From NCBI GenBank assembly GCA_965112735.1, contig OZ218961.1, forward strand, positions 496,001 through 560,000: DNA of 64,000 nt, read 5' to 3'. How positions within the stretch are numbered: position 1 is the first letter of the stretch; each line of letters opens with the position of its first letter. Under the pieces are notes generated by a model. It saw nothing but the letters and a program-made list of their open reading frames with translations, had not been told where the DNA came from and did not search any database. Shown in pieces: positions 37,925 through 47,879 of this stretch. The position numbers and the translations under genes were made by a program. The DNA comes from Phaeosaccion multiseriatum. Its lineage: Eukaryota > Protista > Ochrophyta, other classes.

Positions 37925-38550
37925 ATTTTCTCCCTAATTAAGTGCCATCTATGGTTGTCTAAAAGTAATGTCTCACCGCCCCGGGGAACTTAGCCCTCGA
38001 GGTCGTGTCCCTCTGACTCATCAGTTCTCCCCATCGGCACAAAGTTGATGCCAGCCAGGATCCTATGTCGAATCGACCTTTCGTGTCGGGCCCGCTGGAG
38101 CGCAACGGCCAAGCGCCGAATGACGCAAACAGCCCTCGCATAAGCCCTCATGTCCAGATGTTCGTGCCCCCCAGCCATGTGGGTGGCGAGTGTTTTAATA
38201 AACACCTGGGCAGACGGACCAAATGCGCCTTGTTGTTCCATACCGAAAGGGACGAGGTGGTACCTCGTGGGGTCATAGTGGATATCTCCACCCTGGCCTT
38301 CCGTGCCGGCTTGTGGCACCCCATACTTGGTGCGCTTGGTTGCTTCAGCCTTCTTGGCTGCCGCGAGTGCCTCCTTCGATGCCTTACCACGATTGGTGGT
38401 GTTAGTGGCATCAGTGAGCGTGATGTCGATCATCAGGGACTTGTGTGGCCGTCCCCATATTCGCTCGTGGTCGGATGGAAGCTCGAACATCCTGGGAGGG
38501 GTCACGATGTCCATCTCCATTTGCTTGGCCACGTGGGCGTCACCCCTCAC
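37925..38550 (-). mobile_element. 5'-truncated fragment of a CRE/R2-type non-LTR retrotransposon (C-terminal restriction-like endonuclease region)
   Basis: ORF 37990-38580 contains MDIV..SLMIDITLTD..AKKAEATKRTKY..HLVPFGMEQQGAFGPSA..FIKTLA..LAVALQR, the REL-domain pattern of CRE-clade elements; the segment is absent at the equivalent position upstream of ANK3 (~40860-40900). Confidence 0.75.
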
Positions 38551-38641
38551 GCAGCAAAGGCCCAACAAGATCAGTGCCATGCTGCAACCTCCTACACCTT
38601 CCCTCGACCAACCCCCATGGCCACCGTTGACAGCCCTTCAC

Positions 38642-38643
<2 letters not shown>

Positions 38644-38715
<72 letters not shown>
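38644..38715. repeat. (CA)n microsatellite
   Basis: Directly visible. Confidence 0.95.
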
Positions 38716-38717
<2 letters not shown>

Positions 38718-39368
38718 ACACACATTGTAGGTGTATGGGCAGGACATCGACATTAGGTATCGACAAGGTCTATTTTGGTCTAATTCGGGACTGTGGGCGG
38801 GAGGTTATCGGGTCAGTGACAAGGCCGTGCAGTAGGCAAAGGGGATAAGGCCAAAGGGCATACAGGACATTGGGTATGGAGCATACGTGGAGCTCTTCTT
38901 CGAGAGTATGGATGACTTTTCTGTGCTTATTTCTTATTATTGCTCAATCACAACCCTTCTGCCAGAGGGAAGCGGACGGCGGGCAGTGACGAACACCAAG
39001 GGGTCCACGGCAGCCCGTGACTCACTCAGTATGAAGCCCCTCACTCACTCACTCACTCACTGAATCACTCAGTATGAAGCCACGCCGAGGCCACCCCACC
39101 GTGCTCATCAATCGCTTCCAAAGCCTCCTCCTACACACACTTTCTGATACCTATCAAGTCAGTAAAAAGCCTCCGGAAGGATATGCATGTCTTCAATCTC
39201 TTCCAAAGTTCCCTTCCCATGCGGCCGTGTGGACGTGTGGACGTGTGGATGGGCATTTCCCGCATCTCAATCTCAATGCCATGAACGGAGGGGAGCAAGT
39301 CGAGGCTTCCGTCTGCCCCCCCTGGGTACATACCTCTCTCTCCCGATCTGTGCAAGCTTATTCTCTCC

Positions 39369-40448
39369 TCAGTCCTCGCAGTCACAGGGGTGCCCATTGG
39401 CGTGCACCCACTTCTTAATGTCCTCAAAGGTTTTGGCGTCGATATCCCATTCCTCCTCGTAATACTCTTCATACACTCCTCTGTCCCTAAGGATCTGTGG
39501 GCACGACTGTTCGTCCCACTCGCACTGCACTTCCTCCGATCTGAGCCACTTGAGCACAGTAAGGCTCTTACCCCTCAAGACTGCATACATACAGACCTCC
39601 TCATCCCAGTCACAGAGGTGGCGAGCATTGGCGTGGAGGAACCGCAGTACCTCGAGGCCGCCCCAGCCAGCTGCATAACAAGCCCCATAGCACCAAGAGC
39701 CGCTTTCATTCTCTTCCAGCAAGGCTCTCGTGGGAGGATGCTCGAGAAGCCATGCCACGACGGGGATGTGCCCGCCTATGCATGCACTGCTCCAAGAGCC
39801 GGAATCAAAGTCTACCCCACCGTCGTCCGACAGCAACCACTTGAGCATATCCAAGCGCCCTTCACGTGCAATAGCACACGTAGTGGAGCCGTCCTCGTAC
39901 AATGGGCACTGCTCCTTGTCGGGAAGGTCCTCTGAGCGCAGCCACTGCAGTACTCTCAGGCCATGCTTATTGTTAAACGCTGTTGCCTCACACACATTTT
40001 TATTCCAGGGACAGTCCTTGCCATGGAGGGCCTTGCATACCTCGACATCTCCGTGCCGGGCAGCGGCCCTGAAGAGCTTGACACTCAGCTCGAGGCCCTG
40101 CCGACTTGTCGCCCAGTTCACGCACTCCACTGAGTTGACCACAGACGAAAGCGCTGTCTCCACTGCTGGATACAAAGCGGTGTAGCTGGCCTTCCAATCC
40201 TTGCTCACACCAGCCACGAAGCAGAAGTGCCCCTTTCCCAAGCGCTCCAAGATGGCACGAAGCAGCTCGAGATTCTCCAGGGCCTCATGGCAAGCTTCAA
40301 AGAGCAGATCATTCACTAAGGGCGTAGCACTGGTACCCCCACATGCTGTAGTTGCTGGAGAGCGTCTCAGCCTCCTTCCCTGCGCAGAGTCATGTGGCGC
40401 CTCCCCGTGCCCCAATGCCGTTCTCCTCCGCTGCAGCCTCGTCTCCAT
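39369..40448 (-). CDS. Intronless F-box-like/ankyrin-repeat protein ANK3 (359 aa)
   Basis: Paralog with intact ORF METRLQRRR...GHPCDCED*. Confidence 0.85.
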   Translation of the reverse strand: METRLQRRRTALGHGEAPHDSAQGRRLRRSPATTACGGTSATPLVNDLLFEACHEALENLELLRAILERLGKGHFCFVAGVSKDWKASYTALYPAVETALSSVVNSVECVNWATSRQGLELSVKLFRAAARHGDVEVCKALHGKDCPWNKNVCEATAFNNKHGLRVLQWLRSEDLPDKEQCPLYEDGSTTCAIAREGRLDMLKWLLSDDGGVDFDSGSWSSACIGGHIPVVAWLLEHPPTRALLEENESGSWCYGACYAAGWGGLEVLRFLHANARHLCDWDEEVCMYAVLRGKSLTVLKWLRSEEVQCEWDEQSCPQILRDRGVYEEYYEEEWDIDAKTFEDIKKWVHANGHPCDCED

Positions 40449-41501
40449 TGTTTCGTCGAAACAGGAGACCTTGGGATAAATGCGAGGAAGTAAGCACCTC
40501 TAGTAAGCCCTGCTGGCCGGAGCAGGTAAGTTGCTGAAGAAGGGGGGAGTGGAAGGAAAGGTGGAGGGGAGAGGGAGAGAGAGAGAGAGAGAGAGAGAGT
40601 GAGCGGCTGTGGAGGAGGGGCAGCAGCCGAGAGACCAGATGGCCAGCATGATTCATACATCTGTTGTAACTCCTCTCACTCCTCTTCCCCACAGCTGCTT
40701 CCCCGCTTCCCCCGTCGTGCTCCCCCCTCAAGAACAGAGGGGCGGGCTATCTCCGGTAGCAGGCACTTACCAGCGCCAGCAGAATCCTTTCTTTCTATCA
40801 GCCTCGCCCCCTTCCTTATGCTTTTACGCAGCTGTAAGAGCTCCCGGGTTTGTCTGCCAGGCCCGCCATCTGTGAGTCTGGATGTCGAGGGCCTGAGGCA
40901 ACAAAGGCCCAACAAAACATCCTCCCTGATCAGTGCCATGCTACGCTCCAATCTCAACCCCCCCTGGCCACCGTTGACAGCCCTTCACTAGCCCCCCCCT
41001 GACACACAAAATTCTTAGGTTCGACCGCTGACGTGTTATTGCTATCGACCACATTCTCGATAGCAGATACAGTTGTAGCACGCCGGCTGGCGCCGGCCAT
41101 AGCAGATAGCAAGGAAGGTGCCGATTAGGTTGATTGATTCCTGTAAGTTACCAAAATAATAAAATGCCCTCCACTTACTTCCCTCAATCTCAGTCTGACA
41201 CGTCTCGCTGCTGAAGTCCTCGTCGAACCATATATACGTATTCACTGAAGCCTCCCACCAGCCGAAGGGCGCAAAGTGTCCCGCGAACATGCCACAGACA
41301 CGATGATGAGGGCACCTCCCTCTGCTGATAGACCGCTTGTAACAAACATTCACAGCAGCGCCTCGAAGCGCGACAGCCACAGCCGTCCATCCTGCTCTGT
41401 ACTGACCCACGCTCACCGGAAGCCTCCCCAAACGTACGCTAACTGCCCCCCCACCCCTCCCGCCATGTCTCTCTCTCCATCTGTGCGAGCTTGTTCCCCT
41501 C

Positions 41502-42599
41502 TCAGTCCTGGCAGTCGCAGGGGTGCCCATTGGCGTGCACCCACTGCTTGATATCCTGAAAAGTTTTGGCGTCGATGTCCCATTCCTCCTCGTAATACTC
41601 TTCATACACTCCTCTGTCCCTGATGACCTGTGGGCACGACTCTTCGTCCCACTCGCACTGCACTTCTTCCGATCTGAGCCACTGGAGCATGGCAAGGTTC
41701 TCACCAGCCAAGACTGCATTCATACAGATCTCCGTATCCCATTTACAGAGGTGGCGAGCATTGGCGTGGAGCAACTGCAGTACCTCGAGATGGCCCCAGC
41801 GAGCTGCACACCAAGCCCCGTCGCGCCACTTGCCGTCTTCATTTTCTTCCAGCAAGGCTCTCGTGGGAGGATGCTCGAGAAGCCATTCCACGACGGGAAT
41901 ATGCCCACCGTCACATGCGTCGTTCCAAGAGGCGGCATCAAAGTCTACACCACCGTCGTCCGACAGCAACCACTTGAGCATATCTAAGCGCCCTTCACTT
42001 GCAGCGAAGGCACACATATAGGAGCCGTTACGGTCCCATGGGCACTGCTCCTTGTCGGGAAGGTCCTCTGAGCGGAGCCACTTGAGAACGCTCAGGCCAT
42101 GCTTGCTGTTCTTCGCGGCTGCCTGACACACATACTCATTCCAGGGACAGTCCTTGCCATGGAGGGCCTTGCATACCTCGACATCTCCGTACCGGGCAGC
42201 GGCCTCGAAGAGCCTGACACTTAGCTCGAGGCCCTGCTGACTTGTCGCCCAGTTCACACACTCCACTGAGCTGACCACAGACGAAAACGCTGTCTCCACT
42301 GCTGGATACAACGCGGTGTAGCTGGCCTTCCACTCCTTGCTCACACCAGCCACGAAGCAGAGGTGGCCCTTTCCCAAGTGGGCCAAGATGGCACGAAGCA
42401 GCTCGAGATTCTCCAGGGCCTCGTGGCAAGCTTCAAAGAGCAGCCCATTGTATCCGGAACTTGAAGCAGTGGTAACACTGGCACCCCCACATGCTGTTGT
42501 TGCTGGAGACCGTCTCAGCCTCCTTCCCTGCGCAGAGTCATGCGGCGTCTCCCCGTGCCCCAATGCCGTTCTCCTCCTCCGCTGCAGCCTCGTCTCCAT
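41502..42599 (-). CDS. Intronless F-box-like/ankyrin-repeat protein ANK4 (365 aa)
   Basis: Paralog with intact ORF METRLQRRRR...GHPCDCQD*. Confidence 0.85.
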   Translation of the reverse strand: METRLQRRRRTALGHGETPHDSAQGRRLRRSPATTACGGASVTTASSSGYNGLLFEACHEALENLELLRAILAHLGKGHLCFVAGVSKEWKASYTALYPAVETAFSSVVSSVECVNWATSQQGLELSVRLFEAAARYGDVEVCKALHGKDCPWNEYVCQAAAKNSKHGLSVLKWLRSEDLPDKEQCPWDRNGSYMCAFAASEGRLDMLKWLLSDDGGVDFDAASWNDACDGGHIPVVEWLLEHPPTRALLEENEDGKWRDGAWCAARWGHLEVLQLLHANARHLCKWDTEICMNAVLAGENLAMLQWLRSEEVQCEWDEESCPQVIRDRGVYEEYYEEEWDIDAKTFQDIKQWVHANGHPCDCQD

Positions 42600-43085
42600 T
42601 GTTTCGTCGAAATGGGCCTTGGGATAAAGGCGAGTAAGTAAGCACCCTAGTAGGCCCTGCTGGCCGGAGCAGATAAGTTGCTGAAGAGGGGGGGAGTGGA
42701 AGGAAAGGCGGAGCGGAGAGGAGAGAGAGAGTGAGCTGTGGAGGAAGGGCATCATCCACACATCTGTTGTAACTCCTCCCACTCCTCTTCCCCGCAGCTG
42801 CTTCCCCGCTTCCCCCGTCTTGCTCCCCCCTCAAGAACAGAGGGGCGGGCTATCTCCGGTAGCAGGCACTTACCAGCACCCCCTTCCTTTCCGTCAGGGT
42901 GGAGCCAGACCCGCCATCTGTGAGTCTGGATGTATAAAATGCCCACTCAGCCAGCCAAGATTCGACGGCCTGTCCATTGAACTTGCGGCGCTTCCCTGCC
43001 CACTCATGTGCGTCATCCATCGTCCTCGCCAAGAAGGGAAGAGGAAGGAATAAGTCAAGCGGGGTTCTATGTACGAAGTAGCTAA

Positions 43086-43292
43086 TAAGACGCTTTCCCA
43101 CCCCTACCAAGTTCAACATCTTCTCTCTGTTATCACAACACTACAATTGTCGTAGGAAACCTCATGTACATTAGTGCGGCAGTGTTGATGCGGACTAACG
43201 TATATTAGATTTCCTACGACAATTGTCGTGTTGTGATGTCTCCCTCTACGGGATCCAATGTCGAACTTGCACGGGTGTGGGAAAGCGCCTTA
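43086..43292. ncRNA. Long imperfect fold-back hairpin (candidate miRNA precursor or decayed MITE)
   Basis: TAAGACGCTTTCCCACCCCTACCAAGTTCAACAT pairs with ATGTCGAACTTGCACGGGTGTGGGAAAGCGCCTTA; ATCACAACACTACAATTGTCGTAGGAAA pairs with TTTCCTACGACAATTGTCGTGTTGTGAT; short central loop near 43180-43188. Confidence 0.55.
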
Positions 43293-43631
43293 GAAGCGTA
43301 TACGTCTCACCATACGTGAACGGACAAGGGGAGACAGAGATAGATACCCAGTGTCGACATCGATATATTCGCTCCTGACTGCACTTCGCTAGGAGGACAG
43401 CTCTGTGACCCCTCCTCCCGCGGTGGTTATGTCTTCACTGTGTCCGCCTGTCGTGGCATTGGGCAGTGGTGGATGTGGATTTGCACCAAGGTCGATCGGA
43501 AAGCGTGGAAGGCAGAGGGGGAAAGTCTTTTGAGCGAGAGTACAGACAGGCGTGGCAAACACTCGCATGCCCGAAGCACTTACCGCCCTTTCTTTCCACC
43601 TTACAGCCCTGTTACAATCTGTCTCTTCCCC

Positions 43632-45005
43632 TCACTTTCTTTCCCGCTCTCTGTAGTCTCCTTCTTCCCCCTCCTGTGCCCCCCCAGCGGAGAGGAACTT
43701 ACCATTCGCTAGATAGGAGTGATCGAAGCCCAGTGACGCCATTTCCTTGGGGAACATTCCCATGAGGAATCTTGTGGCAACATTGCTGTAATCTCTGCTC
43801 GGGGGGGGGGCAGTTTGGGGCAAGCAGTCGAACGGTTGAGGACAGGCGGCAGGCAGAATTGTCAGACATGGGAGGAAGGAAGTGACCTCCCTACCCATCC
43901 CCACCGGGGGCAGGCAGGACGGCCAACACAATCTCCACATGATGTTTGTGCGTGAGAGAGGGAGAGAGAGAGAGAGAGCGATACATAGAGAGAGCCGCAA
44001 GGACTCGCCCACGCACTCACGCACGCACACACACACGCACACACGTCTGCACACACGTCTGCACACACACACGTACCTATTCATGTAGTACACGAGGGCG
44101 GCAAAGGCGACGCTGTACATGACCACATCAACGCACTTGGTGAGCGTACCACCACCTCCACCTCCACCTCCACCACCACCTCCACCACCAGCAGCAGCAA
44201 AGCCTGACCCTCCTCGAGGAATCCCTCCTTCCTTTTCTCTCCTGAGCTCCGCTTTGGCCTCTCGAATGGCCTCCCGCACCTCCTCCTGACTAATGCCGAG
44301 CAGCTTTTGCGCTCTGCTTGATGTGAACCTTGCCACAATGGCGTCGTCGTCAATGTCACGGTCGGGATTGAACTCCTTCTCCTCCTTCTCCTCCTCATCT
44401 CCGTCCTTCTCGCCTCCCTTACCATCTTTATTCTTCCCCTCCCTCCTCTCTTCTGTTGATCTTGCTTCTTCTCCTGCTGTTGTTGCGCCCGCTCTTGTCC
44501 GTCGTCTCAGTCCCTCCACACTGCTCTTGCTGCTGTGGCTACTACCGCTACTGCCCTTATTCTCCCGTTCTCTATATTTCCCCCCCACAGTGACCTCCTC
44601 GCCGTCTTCCTTCTTCCCCGCTGCCGCCCCAGCCCTCCTCCTCGCCTCCACCTCCTCCTTCCCCCCTCCCCTCAGCTCTTCTGGCAGGGGCCCATCCACA
44701 GTGCTGAAGTCGATCGGCTCTCCTGGATTGAAGCTCAGCCACACTAGTACGCAGATACCAAGCACTGCCCCCACCCCCAGGCTCTTGACCGTGTCTGACC
44801 GCAGATTGATGCCCAGGAAGTAGCTCCAGAGCAGCTGGAGCTGAGCCTCCGCCCGCCCTGCCCACTCCTCAGCGCACGCCCAGGATAGAGTTGCACAGAA
44901 ACTACTAGCCTCGCTGCTACTACTGCTGCTGTTACTGCTACTGCTGCCACTGACAGTCCCAACCTCGCCGTCGTAATCGGACGGAGTTACCGTAATGGTC
45001 TCCAT
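43632..45005 (-). CDS. Uncharacterised membrane protein (two hydrophobic segments), spliced; 3' end uncertain
   Basis: METITVTPS start; TM-like LGVGAVLGICVLVWLSF and VDVVMYSVAFAALVYYM; intron ~44076-43795 is read through in the ORF track; GTAAGT donor near 43700 suggests another exon. Confidence 0.55.
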   Translation of the reverse strand: METITVTPSDYDGEVGTVSGSSSSNSSSSSSEASSFCATLSWACAEEWAGRAEAQLQLLWSYFLGINLRSDTVKSLGVGAVLGICVLVWLSFNPGEPIDFSTVDGPLPEELRGGGKEEVEARRRAGAAAGKKEDGEEVTVGGKYRERENKGSSGSSHSSKSSVEGLRRRTRAGATTAGEEARSTEERREGKNKDGKGGEKDGDEEEKEEKEFNPDRDIDDDAIVARFTSSRAQKLLGISQEEVREAIREAKAELRREKEGGIPRGGSGFAAAGGGGGGGGGGGGGGTLTKCVDVVMYSVAFAALVYYMNRYVCVCRRVCRRVCVCVCVRECVGESLRLSLCIALSLSLPLSRTNIMWRLCWPSCLPPVGMGREVTSFLPCLTILPAACPQPFDCLPQTAPPPSRDYSNVATRFLMGMFPKEMASLGFDHSYLANGKFLSAGGAQEGEEGDYRERERK

Positions 45006-45326
45006 GGGGTATTGTTGGCTCTCAGAGTGAGCAAGACTGCTGCACGGCAAAACCAGCGCGAAATATCAGAGGAGACCACACAGCAGAGAGGTGGGGGGGA
45101 GGACAGATGTTTTCCTCTTCTGTTTGCTCTTCAAATAGATGAAATATGAGAAGAGGGGAGTGGGGGTGCGCCCGTTGAGTTGAGAACGATCGATTTTCAA
45201 AATCGATGACTAAAAGTAATGTTCGGGATCGGCTACGTCGCTACGTGCAGGCAAAGGGGGATTGGAGCAGCAGAAAAGCTGCGAGGTAGAGGCAGGGAGT
45301 GAGAGGGGAGCGAGCGGGTCAGGAAC

Positions 45327-47238
45327 ATGAACGCCCCCACGATCCGAGTAAAGCCGGTGGCATCCTCTGTGATAAGCAGAGGGGCACCAGCAGGAGCTTA
45401 CGAGGCCCTACAGGGGAAGGAGCTGGTGCTAGTCATCGGAAGTGGCGGCAAGGCTTCCACGCCAGAAGTAGCAGCAGTCGGGGCCGCTTTGCAAGGCCTC
45501 CTGACGAATAGTGGCAGCAGCGGCGATTTTGTGCATGCTGTGGCAAAGACAGGAGAAGATGCGGCGCGCCGGCTTCTAGCGAGTGGAAAGACGTCTACTG
45601 TGGTCTTGCTCGTGGCCGGCATAGCAGGGGAAGATCTTGAAGGGCTCCTTGAGGCGGCGCAGCGGGCTCAGCATCAAGTGGTGATGGTGTACTGCAGCGA
45701 CGCAGGGTGAGTCGGGTCAAGGGGGGGAGATGTCCGCTTGTTATGTTCAGCCTCAAGGTTGTCCTTAACCGGCATTGCCAGCTCCGCTCTTTTGTGGCCT
45801 GCTTCTCTGCTCTTACTCCCCCTCTCTCTCTCACTTGCTCAATCCTTGCCCATTGCAGGGTCGTGTTTGAGGGACGAGACCTCAAGGGCGTGACGGAGGA
45901 GGAGGTGCAAGGGGCGAAGACGCCCTTCCAACAGAGCTTACAACCCATCGCACAAGCAGAGCGAGCAGTCTTGGCTAGCAACTCTGGTGAGGAGAGAGAT
46001 TAGGGGATGGAGGAGGACGAGGAGGAGGGAGGCGCGATGTCTTTTACCGACGCCTTTTATTGCCAGAGAGGAGAACAAGGGTCGTCTCTTTTTATCGTCA
46101 GAGATGGGCAGAGGTGCCTCCTTTGAGTCATGGATAGAGCTGGACCCCTACAATTGGGTAGTGTTTTGTGTTGGACAATGCAGAGGCGGAATCTGCGTGT
46201 GTGTCCTCTCTCGCTCTGGCGCACCTCTCCTCCTGACTCATGAACCCCACGCCTGCATGCGTGCCTCCATCCCGTTCAGACAAGGTCAAGACGTGTGCTG
46301 TCCGCCCTGCCGGCCTCTACGGCCCCACTCCAGCAGCGACAGTTGGTGATACAGCGGCAAACGGCAATGGGAAAGGGCAGCAAGGAATGCTGTATAGTTG
46401 GGTACGGGCAGGGGCCCAAGGAACCGTGCGCAGAGTCGGAGGCGGGGCCAACGTCGCGGACTTTACTTTTGCGGGCAACGCTGCCCACGCCATGCTCCTT
46501 GCAGCAGCTAGGCTCTCGGAAGGGGGCCATGGCGGGGGCGGGGATGGCAGTGGACGGGGTGGGGATGGCACTGGAGGGCGGGCCTTCTTTGTATCGGACG
46601 GTGAGCCCACACCCTTCTGGGACAAGGTGGGGCAAGTGCTAATGGGTGTGGGGTACTTCCCTGGAGGGGTGGGGACAACAACAACAACAGCAACAGCAAC
46701 AGCAACGAGCCTTCCAAGCCTACCGGTGTGGCTGGCGCTGCTCCTGTCATTCCTTCTACGGCTCCTGTCAGCCCTTTGCCCCCCCCTCTTCCGGCCGCCG
46801 TCTGTGTTCTTGAACGCAGAGGGCGTGACTCTGTCCACCGCGTATCGATACTTTAGCATTGCCCGCGCCACGGGCGTACTTGGCTACACCCCCCTGTGGA
46901 CAGGTGCAGAAGGGCTCGACATTACCCTGCAGACTATGACGAAGCGGAACGGGGAGGAGGGGGAGGGTCAGCAGTGGAGGAATCCCAAGGCTGTTGTGGA
47001 GTACGTGGGGCCATTCTCTCGGGAAGAGGTGTCTAAACACACGACTGAGGACGATGTGTGGATCATCGTAAACAATAGGGTCTTCGATGTGACGCCATTT
47101 GTTGAAATGCACCCGGGGGGGGAGGCCATTCTCCGCTATGCAGGAGGCGACTCCACGAAGGCAATGGATGGCCCGCAGCACCCGGCTCAGGCCAGGGAGA
47201 TCCTGGAGAGTCACTTTATAGGGGAACTGGCAGACTGA
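45327..47238 (+). CDS. NSDHL/ERG26-like 3-beta-hydroxysteroid dehydrogenase-fold protein fused to C-terminal cytochrome b5 (exons 45327-45706, 45859-45986, 46280-47238)
   Basis: YCSDAGVVFEGRDL, AERAVLASN, TCAVRPAGLYGP, DFTFAGNAAHAMLLAA, GRAFFVSDGEPTPFW, YFSIARATGVLGYTP; b5 domain FSREEVSKH..WIIVNNRVFDVTPFVEMHPGG..H..FIGEL; splice phases consistent. Confidence 0.85.
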
Positions 47239-47378
47239 TCAGCTGGTATACTCGAGAGTCACTTTATAGGGGAACTGGCCGATTCTCGAGAGTCACTTTG
47301 TAGGGGAACTGGCAGACTGATCAGCTGATACTCGAGAGTCACTTTATAGGGGAACTGGCAGACTGATCAGCTGATACG
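47203..47378 (+). repeat. Four tandem copies of the gene's last codons, three of them including the stop (GAGAGTCACTTTATAGGGGAACTGGCAGACTGATCAGCTG)
   Basis: Copies start ~47203, 47251, 47285, 47331. Confidence 0.9.
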
Positions 47379-47879
47379 AGACGAGGAAGATGTACTTGAA
47401 CTACGTCACGCACCCATTGTGACAGCACGTGTTGTAGTAGTAGTAGAGCGTGCACTGTCTTTTTCTTGAGCAAACTCGATCGAACATAGATTTCAGTGAT
47501 CGTCAGTACCCAATTCAGTGCTCTTTTTCGCCTCTTTCTGGGCACTGGGCACTGGACTTTTTTAGGAGCAGCGCCCGACACTGAGCACTGGGCGCTGGAC
47601 AAAGATTTGAGTACTGACGATCCCTGATTTGAATTTATAAATTTGCTTTTGTGAGACATTACAATACCCCAACTCTATGTACAAGTGCTAATTACACTGC
47701 TACAAAGAACACAACGAAGCCTCTTACCGATTTGTTGTCAGCGTCCATGGAAATGGCACTAAGGCCCAACGCTAACACTTCCCTCCATCCTTATCCGTCT
47801 CCATCCTTCACTCGTCTGGAGCACACTCCCACGGGGATCCCCCTCCCCTCCCTCTCTCCCTTCCTCCCTCCCTAACTAT

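Larger units (their letters stand above)
35923..42930. repeat. Tandem array of ANK units with duplicated flanks
   Basis: TATGGAGCATACGTGGAGCTCTTCTTC at ~35923 and ~38875; GGCGGGCTATCTCCGGTAGCAGGCACTTACCAGC upstream of ANK2, ANK3 and ANK4. Confidence 0.9.
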
